A DNA stretch of 64,000 bases from a virus (taxonomy: Duplodnaviria > Heunggongvirae > Uroviricota > Caudoviricetes > Herelleviridae), in IMG/VR virus record IMGVR_UViG_2706795655_000001. The stretch is one strand, 5' to 3'. Of the stretch, positions 10,639 through 20,216 are shown piece after piece (positions within the stretch are counted from its first letter, which is position 1; the number at the start of each line of letters is the position of its first letter). The notes beneath the pieces were generated by a model. That model searched no databases. It was not told the origin of the DNA and saw nothing but the letters and a program-made list of their open reading frames with translations. Position numbers and translations under genes: made by a program.

Positions 10639-12105
10639 ATGGAAAAACCGATTATGAAAGAAATACTCCGCAAGGCAATTGAATCTCCAGTATTCTCTAA
10701 GGAGGTTCTACCAGTAGTACCGATGTCAATCTTTGAAAACGTGGAAATCTATAAAGAGATTACACAGATTGTACGCCGATACTACCAATCAAATTCTAGT
10801 GTCATCACAGAGGGTGCATTAGTAACATTACTAGAAGCGAAACTTGATAGACTTAAGAAAAGTGCAGATGAACAACAGCAGTACTTCAACAAGGTTAGTG
10901 AGCTATACCAGATTCGAGACAGCCACGATGATAACTTGATTGATGAAGAAATTGAAAAATACATAAAGAAACAAATGAGATTAGAATTACTTAAGAAAGC
11001 TGCATTAAAAATTAATGATGAAGCGTTCCAAGATACATTAGAAGATGAGTTCCGTAAAATCATGTTACTGGATATTTCTGGTCGTAATGACGAGATTATC
11101 AACGTAATCGATGACGTGGAATATAAACGACTAGCGCTATCATCTTTAGATGGTAATACCGTACCAACCGGATTTAAATCTATTGACCTACTGAATAGTG
11201 GTGGACTAGCTAAAGGTGAGTTAGGTCTTATTGCGGCTATGTCTGGTACAGGTAAAACATTAATGATGACCAACTTAGCAACGAACTATGTTAAGCAAGG
11301 TTACAACGTATTATTCATTGCCCTAGAGGAATTAAAGAACCGAATGGTTTTAAAACTAGAGCAGTCAATGTTACGACAAACCCGAGGGGACATCTTAGAT
11401 GGCTCTACGCTTAACATGGAGAAATTCGAGAAGAGACAAGCCCTGTATAAGAATAACCGCGCACGATTCGGTAACTTATTCTTAGCTCGTTACTCTCCTC
11501 GTAAAGTTACACCAGCTAAGATTGAGCAATTAATCTCTGATTTACTAATTCGTCAAGGGGTTAAGATTGATGTAGTTATTGTCGATTACCCGGAACTATT
11601 ACGTAATCCACATGCTACAGGTAATGAAGCGGATGATGGCGGTAAGCTATTTGAAGAGATGCGCCGTATTGGACAAGACTTCGACGTAGTAATGTGGACA
11701 GCTTCTCAGTTAAACCGTACAGCCTACAATGCATTAATCAGAACATCAGAACATATGGAAGGTTCGCTCCGTAAAAAGAATGCTGCTGAACTTGTTCTAG
11801 TAGTCAACCAGACACCGGAAGAGTACAATGCTGGATTCCTGCGACTATACGCGGATAAGGTACGTAACCCGCCAGAAGGTGCATATGATAAGATGCTAGG
11901 ATTTAAGGTTATCGGTAATCAGCAAGTAGTGAGAGAGTACATACAAAATTCAAGTGAAGAGAAAGAACATAGAGCTATCTTGGAAGCGGTTGACCAAGCA
12001 AGGGACAACCTATTTAAAGCTAAGAAAGCTGGAGGTAATAGTGGTAAGGTTCCTATGCCGGACTTTAGCCAAGAAATAAATCAAGCAATCAGAGGGGGAC
12101 AATAA
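10639..12105 (+). CDS. Replicative DNA helicase, DnaB-like (RecA-fold hexameric helicase)
   Basis: Walker A AAMSGTGKTLMMT and Walker B VVIVDYPELL. The N-terminal helical domain has a DnaB-like architecture. Confidence 0.65.
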   Translation: MEKPIMKEILRKAIESPVFSKEVLPVVPMSIFENVEIYKEITQIVRRYYQSNSSVITEGALVTLLEAKLDRLKKSADEQQQYFNKVSELYQIRDSHDDNLIDEEIEKYIKKQMRLELLKKAALKINDEAFQDTLEDEFRKIMLLDISGRNDEIINVIDDVEYKRLALSSLDGNTVPTGFKSIDLLNSGGLAKGELGLIAAMSGTGKTLMMTNLATNYVKQGYNVLFIALEELKNRMVLKLEQSMLRQTRGDILDGSTLNMEKFEKRQALYKNNRARFGNLFLARYSPRKVTPAKIEQLISDLLIRQGVKIDVVIVDYPELLRNPHATGNEADDGGKLFEEMRRIGQDFDVVMWTASQLNRTAYNALIRTSEHMEGSLRKKNAAELVLVVNQTPEEYNAGFLRLYADKVRNPPEGAYDKMLGFKVIGNQQVVREYIQNSSEEKEHRAILEAVDQARDNLFKAKKAGGNSGKVPMPDFSQEINQAIRGGQ

Positions 12106-12288
12106 TTGGAGACGATAGTAGAGTATAAGTACATCTACAAGTTGCCTAATGTAAAGTGGAAGTCATTTTATCTAAATGCTGACACAGATATGGAAGCTCT
12201 GAAAGAAGCGGGTAGAATAGCAAACGAGCATAAGCCGGAGAATTATATGGTTAAAAAAGAAACTACAAAAGTAGAAAGATTAGTATAA
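12106..12288 (+). CDS. Hypothetical small protein
   Basis: TTG start 7 nt after AGAGGGGGA. 60 aa. Confidence 0.35.
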   Translation: METIVEYKYIYKLPNVKWKSFYLNADTDMEALKEAGRIANEHKPENYMVKKETTKVERLV

Positions 12289-12300
12289 GGGGGAAACTAA

Positions 12301-12867
12301 ATGAAGTACATCGTAACACCTAACATTTATGTGACGTCCGATACACACTTCGGTCATAGAAATATTATAGAGTACGAGAACAGACCATTTAAAGATGTAG
12401 AAGATATGAATGAAAAGCTTATCGAAAACTGGAATAAGGTAGTTAAACCGCATGACTTAGTTGTCCATGTAGGGGACTTATTCCTATGCGGAGCCAAGAA
12501 AGCAGAAGAAATCGCTAAACGACTTAATGGTCGTAAGATTCTTGTCAAAGGTAATCACGACTCATTCAGTAAAGCGAAGTACGCTAAGATGGGGTTTGAC
12601 CTACGGAACTATCTATACTTAGATGATTACCTATTCTCTCATTACCCGCTCAACCCAGAGATGCTGCGGATAGCTCAATTAGAGACAGACCTTTATGCCA
12701 ACATTCACGGGCATGTTCACGGTATGACACAAGGGTTAGATAGAGAAGTACATATTTGCGTTTGTACAGAGCATACAGACTACACACCTATCCCATTCTG
12801 GGAGTTAAAAGACTTACATAATTCTGATACATATCTAGAAAGAGGAGAATATAAATATGCGTACTAA
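12301..12867 (+). CDS. Calcineurin-like metallophosphoesterase (stand-alone, 188 aa)
   Basis: Motifs SDTHFGH, VHVGDL, GNHD and IHGHVHG. Confidence 0.7.
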   Translation: MKYIVTPNIYVTSDTHFGHRNIIEYENRPFKDVEDMNEKLIENWNKVVKPHDLVVHVGDLFLCGAKKAEEIAKRLNGRKILVKGNHDSFSKAKYAKMGFDLRNYLYLDDYLFSHYPLNPEMLRIAQLETDLYANIHGHVHGMTQGLDREVHICVCTEHTDYTPIPFWELKDLHNSDTYLERGEYKYAY

Positions 12868-13939
12868 GTACATAGTTTTCTCCGATTTCCATTGGCATAA
12901 CTTCGATAACTTTGCGAAGCCTATAACGCATACATACAAAGGTAAAGACATTCAAATTACCGATAGACTACTAGCACAATTGAACACACTGAATAGAGTA
13001 TTCGAACTTGCACATGAAAACAACGCGGATATCTTGTTTAACGGGGACTACTTCCATGCAAGAAACCGCATTACAACTCTAGTATACAATCTAGGTTTCA
13101 ATGTAATCTACGATAACATGATGAAGTATCCGGATGTAAAATTATACATGATTGTAGGTAACCATGACCAAGCAGACTCCAGTGACTTCCCGGAACATAG
13201 CCTAGAGAACTTCAAAGCGATTCCGCGTGTAACAGTTATGGATGACTTTGAACCAGTATATACAGGCTCAACCGTATTGTACCCTATTTCGTATTCTGAT
13301 AATGTAGCATTCTTAAAAGGTAAAATTAACGAGTTCGTAGAACACGCAGAAGGTAAGGTTCAGCCTACAATCTTAATGGCACATATAGGAGTGGACGGAA
13401 GTGAAACAGGACAACATTCGCATCGGCTTGGTGGAGCGTTTAACATTAGTGAACTGTACCCTGATGTATTTGACTATGTAACATTAGGTCACTATCATAA
13501 GCGACAGTTCTTAGGTGGGTTAGACAATGCGTTCTACGCTGGTAACACAATCCAAGAAAGCTTCTCCGATGAGGGGCAAGATAAAGGTGTATTCTTAATC
13601 GACTTAGATAAAGGAGGCAAACCGGAGTTTATTCCAATCGAGAATAAGAAGTTTGTCACAATAACGAAAATTGATGAGAACACACAAGAGATTGTGGATA
13701 ACAACTATGTGCGAATGATTATTCCACAGGAACTAGCAACAGAGGTAGAAATATTTAAAGAATCGTCCGACAATATTCGAGTAGAAGTACAAAAAGAATA
13801 CAAAGCAGACTTACGTATTAACATCGAAGTAGGTTCCAGTGAATCTGATATTGTCAAGGAGTACACGAATAAGTTCTACACAAATGTACAGGATAAGGCT
13901 CTAGCAGTCTTAAAAGAGGCACAAACAATAAATGTATAA
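12857..13939 (+). CDS. Mre11/SbcD-like DNA repair nuclease
   Basis: Phosphoesterase motifs FSDFHWH, NGDYFH, VGNHDQ and GHYHKRQ. Paired with a downstream Rad50-like ATPase. Confidence 0.7.
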   Translation: MRTKYIVFSDFHWHNFDNFAKPITHTYKGKDIQITDRLLAQLNTLNRVFELAHENNADILFNGDYFHARNRITTLVYNLGFNVIYDNMMKYPDVKLYMIVGNHDQADSSDFPEHSLENFKAIPRVTVMDDFEPVYTGSTVLYPISYSDNVAFLKGKINEFVEHAEGKVQPTILMAHIGVDGSETGQHSHRLGGAFNISELYPDVFDYVTLGHYHKRQFLGGLDNAFYAGNTIQESFSDEGQDKGVFLIDLDKGGKPEFIPIENKKFVTITKIDENTQEIVDNNYVRMIIPQELATEVEIFKESSDNIRVEVQKEYKADLRINIEVGSSESDIVKEYTNKFYTNVQDKALAVLKEAQTINV

Positions 13940-13989
13940 GTGTTATATTATATAAGAATACATAAATTAAAAGGAGTGGGCTTGCTTAT

Positions 13990-14490
13990 ATGATACCAGA
14001 AGTAGGAAAACAGTATTTTGGTTACTTACCCGTTGCTATGGAGAACTACGAAGAGCCATACATTCTTGTGTACTCTCATAAATTTGAGAGTGAATATAAC
14101 GGAAAAACGTATTGGGTGTTTGATGCTTATTTACGAAACAAGGTATTTATAGGTGTTTTAACCCTCGATGACCCTATCGTAGACACGTTAAAAGAGATAA
14201 CAAGTGTGGTAGATTTAGTAGATGTACACAAACATCAGATAGAGAACCCGGAGAAGAACATCATCTTAGGTGGGAGATATTTCTCTTATCTTACTAACAG
14301 CGTTTACGTAATATACCACATCTCAAAAAGTAAGAGAGATGACTCCGAGTATGGTAGTATAGCGGCGCAGATAATTGATATTAAAACAGGTACAACTAGT
14401 ATCGGTGAAATGAGTATAGACTTCCTTAAAAATAACACAGAAATATATATGCCGACACGACACGGACATATACCTAAAGACCCTAAATAA
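13990..14490 (+). CDS. Hypothetical protein inserted between sbcD-like and sbcC-like genes
   Basis: ATG after AAAGGAGTGGGC. No recognizable motifs. Confidence 0.45.
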   Translation: MIPEVGKQYFGYLPVAMENYEEPYILVYSHKFESEYNGKTYWVFDAYLRNKVFIGVLTLDDPIVDTLKEITSVVDLVDVHKHQIENPEKNIILGGRYFSYLTNSVYVIYHISKSKRDDSEYGSIAAQIIDIKTGTTSIGEMSIDFLKNNTEIYMPTRHGHIPKDPK

Positions 14491-14505
14491 TAGGGTCTTT
14501 TTTTA
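14477..14505 (+). terminator. Rho-independent terminator
   Basis: AGACCCTA-AATAA-TAGGGTCT hairpin plus T7 run. Confidence 0.7.
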
Positions 14506-14534
14506 TTGACAAACATATGGTATCATGGTAAGAT
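14506..14534 (+). promoter_or_regulatory. Sigma-A-type promoter TTGACA-N17-TAAGAT (TG-extended)
   Basis: Verified spacing. TGG precedes the -10. Confidence 0.6.
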
Positions 14535-14560
14535 TTACTTATTAATAGAAGAGGAGGAAT

Positions 14561-16456
14561 ATGATATTGAAGTGGAACAAGTTAATAGTTCAGAACTTTC
14601 TAGCAATTAACGATGCAGAAGTTGATTTAGATAATCAAGGTCTTATCTTAATTGAAGGAGAGAATACTAGTGACGAGAAGTTTGCTAGTAATGGGGCTGG
14701 TAAGTCATCATTAATTCCGGAATCAATTACATGGTGTTTATACAACATGACATCTAAAGGAGTTAAAGGTGATGCAGTAGTCAATAACAAAACAAAGAAG
14801 AACACAATGGTTGCCTTAATTGGCGAACAAGATGGAGATACATACCGAATTGAACGCTACCGTAAGCACAGCCTACACGCGAATAAGGTTAGGTTGTTCA
14901 GAAATGACATAGATATTACAGCTAAATCGAATGATGATACGAATGCAGAAATTGAAAAGATACTAAAAATCTCACACTTAACATTCATCAACAGTATTCT
15001 ATTTGCTCAAGGTGAAGGGTTAGGTGCTTTCGCATCCCTAACGGATTCAAAAAAGAAAGAAATTTTAGATAGCTTACTAAACTTGGATATCTATTCTCTA
15101 GCACAAGAGGTAGCTAAGAAGAAGGTAAAAGAAAGTATCGCTAAGATTGACGAGAAGAATCGTGAAATCGAACGACTTAACTGGGACTTAGAACAGGTGG
15201 ACAAGCTAGAAGAGCAAGATAACAAAAACTATGAATCTACGAAGCACATGCTACAAGAAGAGCAGAAGAGACTAGCAGATGTTATTAAGTTACTGAATGA
15301 CTATCCAGCTAAGTACTTCGGATTTGTGGAACAGAAGAGAGACAACATTGAAGCTCTGAATAAGAAGCTCGACGAGATTTCTAACATAGATATGTCTACG
15401 GAAGAGGCGGAATTTAATGCAGCACACCTAGCGCTGAACGAAGTTGAGAACCAGCAACGCGATTTAGACAGACAGAAAACAGACTTAGTTAAGCGATACA
15501 AGAGTCTAAGTTTTAGTGATAACTGCCCAGTATGTGGTACGCCAATGGATAATAGTCATAAGATTGCAGAACAGGATAACATAAAGAATGAATTAAGACC
15601 TATCATGCTTGGTTTGCAACAAATAGAACAAACGAAACAACCATACATAGATGCTGTTAACGAAGCTAGAGAACGTTACGATGCTAAATTAGAAGAGCAG
15701 AAAACAGTCGTTCAAAGACAGCGTGAAATCACAACAGAGGTTAAACGAGACGAAGATTATATCCGTACATATGAAATCAACCTTAGACAACTTAAGAATA
15801 ATGTCGAAGTTGTTAAGAATACAATTCAGAAGCTCCAGAACGTTCCTGAGCCTATTTCCAGAGATAAGGATAGGGAAAGTATTAACGAGTCAATTAAAGC
15901 TGCTAAGAAGGAGCTAGTAGCCTTAGAATTAGCGAAGAAAGAAGATGAAGACGTAGTAAAGGTTTACTCGAACGAAGGAGTTAAATCGCACGTACTTGAC
16001 TTCATTACACCGGAGCTTAACCAGAGAGGTAACAAATACTTAAAACAATTAGCTGGAGAAAATATGGAGCTAGTGTTTAGTACACGAACGAAGAAGAAAG
16101 ATGGTACATACTCTGACAAATTTGATGTACAGCTTATCAATACCGTAGGTGGCGACGATTATAAAGCGCAATCCGGTGGAGAAAAGAAACGAGCAGACTT
16201 ATCTATCTCTCTAGCGTTACAAGATTTAATTCTAGAGAATACGAACTTCATTGTTTATGATGAGGTATTCGATGCGTTAGATGAGACAGGCGTAGAATCG
16301 GTTATCGAACTATTAAAAGAACGAGTTAAGACCATTGGTTCGATATTCGTCATTACACAAAGTAGCCATTTCAAAGCGCTATTCGAGAAAGTTATTACAA
16401 TTACAAAAGACCATAATGGAATTTCAAATATCAAAAGGGGGAAAAACATTGCATGA
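14561..16456 (+). CDS. Rad50/SbcC-like SMC-family ATPase
   Basis: Walker A NGAGKSS, a long coiled coil with a CPVCG zinc hook, ABC signature SGGEKKRADLS and Walker B IVYDEVFDALD. Confidence 0.75.
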   Translation: MILKWNKLIVQNFLAINDAEVDLDNQGLILIEGENTSDEKFASNGAGKSSLIPESITWCLYNMTSKGVKGDAVVNNKTKKNTMVALIGEQDGDTYRIERYRKHSLHANKVRLFRNDIDITAKSNDDTNAEIEKILKISHLTFINSILFAQGEGLGAFASLTDSKKKEILDSLLNLDIYSLAQEVAKKKVKESIAKIDEKNREIERLNWDLEQVDKLEEQDNKNYESTKHMLQEEQKRLADVIKLLNDYPAKYFGFVEQKRDNIEALNKKLDEISNIDMSTEEAEFNAAHLALNEVENQQRDLDRQKTDLVKRYKSLSFSDNCPVCGTPMDNSHKIAEQDNIKNELRPIMLGLQQIEQTKQPYIDAVNEARERYDAKLEEQKTVVQRQREITTEVKRDEDYIRTYEINLRQLKNNVEVVKNTIQKLQNVPEPISRDKDRESINESIKAAKKELVALELAKKEDEDVVKVYSNEGVKSHVLDFITPELNQRGNKYLKQLAGENMELVFSTRTKKKDGTYSDKFDVQLINTVGGDDYKAQSGGEKKRADLSISLALQDLILENTNFIVYDEVFDALDETGVESVIELLKERVKTIGSIFVITQSSHFKALFEKVITITKDHNGISNIKRGKNIA

Positions 16457-17052
16457 AAGTAGTGAAATTTAGTGAAGAGGAAGTTCTAGTCATCCTAGAA
16501 ACAACATCACAAGACAAAGAAGAAACGAAAGAGATTTTATTACCATACCGGGAGCTATTAAAGTGGTACCCATTAAACATTAATTATACATACAAGTATT
16601 CAACATCTAAAGATATTATGTATCTAGTAAAGGATAGTACATACGATAAAGACTTATATGATGTAAAGTCAACGAAGCAAGCGAAAGCGCTTCCATTAAA
16701 AAAAGGCGTTCCGTATAATAAGGCAGTACATAACCGTAACAAGAAGATTGTCCAGTGGGCGCAAGAGAACAACTTAATCGAAGTTAGTAAAGACAAAGTA
16801 CTATTAACAGACCCGAAGGTTGGTATCTGCCGTGTACTAGAAACGATTGAATCGATTAAGCAACACTTAGTGAAAAAATACATATTCGAAGAAGGACAGA
16901 ATGACGACTTCGACATTGATGAGAATTTAGGATTTCCGAAGTTTACAGACGAGTTAGTGTATAAATACGCGACAACAACAGAATTATATCAACTTGAACT
17001 ACTAGGAGAGGTTTACACTCTACTTAACTTACATAGACGATTAGAAGAGTGA
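16453..17052 (+). CDS. Hypothetical protein
   Basis: ATG overlaps the previous stop and follows AAAGGGGGG. 199 aa. Confidence 0.45.
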   Translation: MKVVKFSEEEVLVILETTSQDKEETKEILLPYRELLKWYPLNINYTYKYSTSKDIMYLVKDSTYDKDLYDVKSTKQAKALPLKKGVPYNKAVHNRNKKIVQWAQENNLIEVSKDKVLLTDPKVGICRVLETIESIKQHLVKKYIFEEGQNDDFDIDENLGFPKFTDELVYKYATTTELYQLELLGEVYTLLNLHRRLEE

Positions 17053-17061
17053 GGGATTTAA

Positions 17062-18132
17062 ATGTTTCTAGATTTACTTTATCAGGAGCTAGGAGACAAT
17101 AAACCAGCATCAGGAGGAGAGACACGATTCAATTGTCAGTTCTGCGGAAATACAAAGTATAAGTTTTATGTGCATGATGAAACGGGTTTATGGCAATGTA
17201 AAGTATGCGGAGAGAAAGGTAACCCAGTCTCCTTCGTAATGAAGCATTTCCAAGTTACATTCCCGGATGCGAAAGACATACTCGAAACATATGACTATGA
17301 GGTTGGAGATTACAACAGTCAAACCTTGTCACATCAAAAGTATGGAGCGCACTTAACAGAAGAAGAGCAGCTATACATGTACATTATGAATCAAGGAGAC
17401 GTTCCAGAGGAGGAGGTAAAGGTAAAATATACTTGCCCTTACCCACCTTCTAATTGTAAGTCACTCATAGAGAACTTTAATAACCCGGAAGCGTTTCCTT
17501 TCTTCGCTTATTTAAATGGTCGTGGCATTACACTAGAACAGATTAAGCAACATAACATCTCATACGTAGTAGATGGGATAGCTAGATTATCAGATGATAA
17601 AGAACTACGACTAATCAATCATTTAGTATTCTTTGCGTTTGACCCACGTAGGAAAGCCATCTACTGGAATACAAGGTCGATAGACCCTAAACCATTCATA
17701 AAGAGTTTGAACGCACCAGCGAAGCCGACAGAGTACTCAAAATCGACGGTAGTGATGAATCTCAACAACGCATGGAAACAAGATAAGATTGTTATCGTAG
17801 AAGGATTCTTTAACATGACCACAATAGGGAACTGTGCAGTTGTTACATACGGTAAGCAAGTATCGAATCAGCAGATTAAAACGATACTAGAAGCAACCGA
17901 TAAAAAGAAACAACCTATCTACATTTACTTGGATAGAGATGGTTGGGGAGAATCAATTAAAGTAGCTGCTAAGATACATAGTTTTGAACCGAATAGAGCT
18001 GTCTATTATGTGTACAGCGAAGATGACCGTGATGCGAATGACCTACAACACGACTTAGCTTGGGAAAGAATAAACAACGCTATATTTGCTGATGCGGAGG
18101 GAGAAGTACTATTTAGAATGTTAAACATGTGA
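17062..18132 (+). CDS. DNA primase (DnaG-like zinc-binding domain plus TOPRIM)
   Basis: CQFCGN...CKVCGE zinc-binding motif. TOPRIM-like IVIVEGFFNMT and YLDRDGWGE. Confidence 0.65.
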   Translation: MFLDLLYQELGDNKPASGGETRFNCQFCGNTKYKFYVHDETGLWQCKVCGEKGNPVSFVMKHFQVTFPDAKDILETYDYEVGDYNSQTLSHQKYGAHLTEEEQLYMYIMNQGDVPEEEVKVKYTCPYPPSNCKSLIENFNNPEAFPFFAYLNGRGITLEQIKQHNISYVVDGIARLSDDKELRLINHLVFFAFDPRRKAIYWNTRSIDPKPFIKSLNAPAKPTEYSKSTVVMNLNNAWKQDKIVIVEGFFNMTTIGNCAVVTYGKQVSNQQIKTILEATDKKKQPIYIYLDRDGWGESIKVAAKIHSFEPNRAVYYVYSEDDRDANDLQHDLAWERINNAIFADAEGEVLFRMLNM

Positions 18133-18140
18133 GGTGAACA

Positions 18141-18791
18141 ATGGTTAGGAGAGTAATGGAAAACTATATAGGTAGAACTATTAGTAGACTACACATAGAG
18201 AGAATTGTGGTTACTAACAAAAGAAAATACTTTGAATGTTTGTGTGAGTGTGGTAAAAATACTACCGCTAGGTGTGATAGTGTTCTTAGTGGGAAGATTC
18301 AAAGTTGCGGTTGCTTACGGGATGAAACAACGAAAGAAGTTCACACAAAGCATGGAGATAGTCATGAAAGACTATACATTATATACAAAAACATTAAAGC
18401 AAGGTGTTACAATAAAAACCACGATAGCTACATCAGATACGGAGCTAAAGGTATTTTTATGTGCGATGATTGGAAGAATAGCTACAACGTATTCAAGGAG
18501 TGGAGTGAAAGTAACGGTTACGCAGATTCATTGAGTATAGATAGGGTTGATAATAACAAAGGGTATGCACCTACGAATTGCAGATGGGTTGACATGTACA
18601 CTCAAGCTAACAACACTAGTAAAAATATAAGAATATACTATGACGGTAGAGAAGATACCTTACCTAACTGGTGTAGAGAATTAGATTACGACTACCATAG
18701 GTTACGAAGGTTATATCAAAAAGGTGTAACAGACCCTATTAAACTTTTCATACCAGAAAACAAGTTGAATGGATTTAAAGGTACTAAATAA
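18141..18791 (+). CDS. Free-standing HNH homing endonuclease (HNH_3/AP2-type)
   Basis: Cys-rich N-terminus. Canonical SIDRVDNNKGYAPTNCRWV HNH motif. YGAKGI...W..W architecture, typical of phage HEGs. Confidence 0.7.
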   Translation: MVRRVMENYIGRTISRLHIERIVVTNKRKYFECLCECGKNTTARCDSVLSGKIQSCGCLRDETTKEVHTKHGDSHERLYIIYKNIKARCYNKNHDSYIRYGAKGIFMCDDWKNSYNVFKEWSESNGYADSLSIDRVDNNKGYAPTNCRWVDMYTQANNTSKNIRIYYDGREDTLPNWCRELDYDYHRLRRLYQKGVTDPIKLFIPENKLNGFKGTK

Positions 18792-18803
18792 TAAAAAAAC
18801 TCG

Positions 18804-18832
18804 TTGACATACTGTAAAACACATGGTATATT
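18804..18832 (+). promoter_or_regulatory. Sigma-A-type promoter TTGACA-N17-TATATT (TG-extended)
   Basis: Verified spacing. TGG precedes the -10. Confidence 0.6.
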
Positions 18833-18870
18833 AATAGATGTAGAAAAGAGAAAGAGGAGGAAAATACATA

Positions 18871-19704
18871 ATGATAGATTCATTAAAAGTATCAGAAGAA
18901 GTAGATGGTTTAGTTATTCTACCGGAACAACTTAACGTAGATATTGTTATCGGTGATGGTTACTTACCAGAGAACGCACATGGTAACGACTTCTGTGACG
19001 ATGTTAGAGCAGCGGAAGGACGATTGATTCCACCTAGCACATTTAAATCTGTATTGGTTCCTACAGGAATTAAAACAGCATTCAGTGATAGATACGGAAT
19101 GAAAGCTAATACACGAAGTGGCTCTGCATATCATACACCTATCATTCTATCAAATTGTACAGGAATTATCGAAGGTACATATCGTGGGTACTTAGGTATC
19201 CTATTGCGTAACACGTTCATCGACTCTTCAATGGTAGATTTCGTTTTCGATTCGAAAGGTAAACGCATTCCTTTATCAGAGGTACCAAAAGAAGTTCTAG
19301 AAAACGCTCGTGAGTTCTACGAAACTGATTCTGTTACACTAGGTTACGACAAACCTAAAACGATGGAAGACTTCAATAAAGAACTACTAGCTTGGAAGAA
19401 ACGCAAAGATGCTGGAGAGTTTGACTTACATAGATTAGCTGCTATTAATAAAAAGATTCAAGCAGGGCAACAACTATCACTTAGAGAAAATGACACATGG
19501 TTAGACAGAAGCGCTCCACAACCAACGGCGCAACATCGAGTGTTTGTAGATGTGGTACCACGAGGTACTGTATACATCGAAAAAGGTGAACGAGTAGCGC
19601 AGATTCACTATCAAAACCGAATCCAAGCTAACTACAATGTAGTGGACGAGCTGGATGACACGACACGCGGCGAAGGTGGATACGGAAGTACGGGTAGCAA
19701 GTAA
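18871..19704 (+). CDS. dUTPase / dCTP-deaminase-fold nucleotidohydrolase with long C-terminal extension
   Basis: The motifs RSGSAY and GIIEGTYRGYLGILLRN resemble trimeric dUTPase motifs. At 277 aa the protein is longer than a canonical dUTPase. Confidence 0.5.
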   Translation: MIDSLKVSEEVDGLVILPEQLNVDIVIGDGYLPENAHGNDFCDDVRAAEGRLIPPSTFKSVLVPTGIKTAFSDRYGMKANTRSGSAYHTPIILSNCTGIIEGTYRGYLGILLRNTFIDSSMVDFVFDSKGKRIPLSEVPKEVLENAREFYETDSVTLGYDKPKTMEDFNKELLAWKKRKDAGEFDLHRLAAINKKIQAGQQLSLRENDTWLDRSAPQPTAQHRVFVDVVPRGTVYIEKGERVAQIHYQNRIQANYNVVDELDDTTRGEGGYGSTGSK

Positions 19705-19961
19705 TGATTACACTTGGGATTATAGCTTACATTATAATTTCGATAAGAATGTATTACTCATACAAGAAGGATAACTATAGTGAATTTACAGGAGAATGGG
19801 ATTACGGTCAATCTAAGAAATTAGGTATGATATATGGATTCTCATTCGTTCCTATAGTAGCCGTATCAATGGTTATACTCATAGGGGTTCTATACGTACT
19901 ACTTAACATAGTAACGAGTATCCTGTGGCTTGTATTATGGATTGCTACTAACATGCCGTAA
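19704..19961 (+). CDS. Small membrane protein (2 predicted TM helices)
   Basis: Hydrophobic stretches IIAYIIISI and FVPIVAVSMVILIGVLYVLLNIV. Confidence 0.45.
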   Translation: MITLGIIAYIIISIRMYYSYKKDNYSEFTGEWDYGQSKKLGMIYGFSFVPIVAVSMVILIGVLYVLLNIVTSILWLVLWIATNMP

Positions 19962-19973
19962 AGGGGGATTGGA

Positions 19974-20216
19974 ATGGAAGTTAAATTCGTTATTCTTTAC
20001 CATAAATATGTTGAAGATAAGATTTACACCGGAGGAGACTGGAGAACAGTATTCAAAGGTAACAAAGTTATCCATGAGTCTGAACCGATGAGTCACTATC
20101 CGATGGACTCTAAACTAGAGATGTTTTTAGAAAAAAACAAACCGATGTGGAGTAAGGAAAAACCGATGGAATATGACTTTGTTACAGTAGAAAAGAGATA
20201 CTACCATGCAAAGTAA
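19974..20216 (+). CDS. Hypothetical small protein
   Basis: AAGGGGGA RBS. Confidence 0.4.
   Translation: MEVKFVILYHKYVEDKIYTGGDWRTVFKGNKVIHESEPMSHYPMDSKLEMFLEKNKPMWSKEKPMEYDFVTVEKRYYHAK

Noticed and set aside
15723-15917. Small plus-strand ORF inside the Rad50-like gene.
   Set aside because: It is a nested alternative frame within a coiled-coil coding region and has no RBS.
18205-18534. Plus-strand ORF nested in the HNH endonuclease gene.
   Set aside because: It is an alternative frame of a gene with clear HNH motifs, and it has no RBS.
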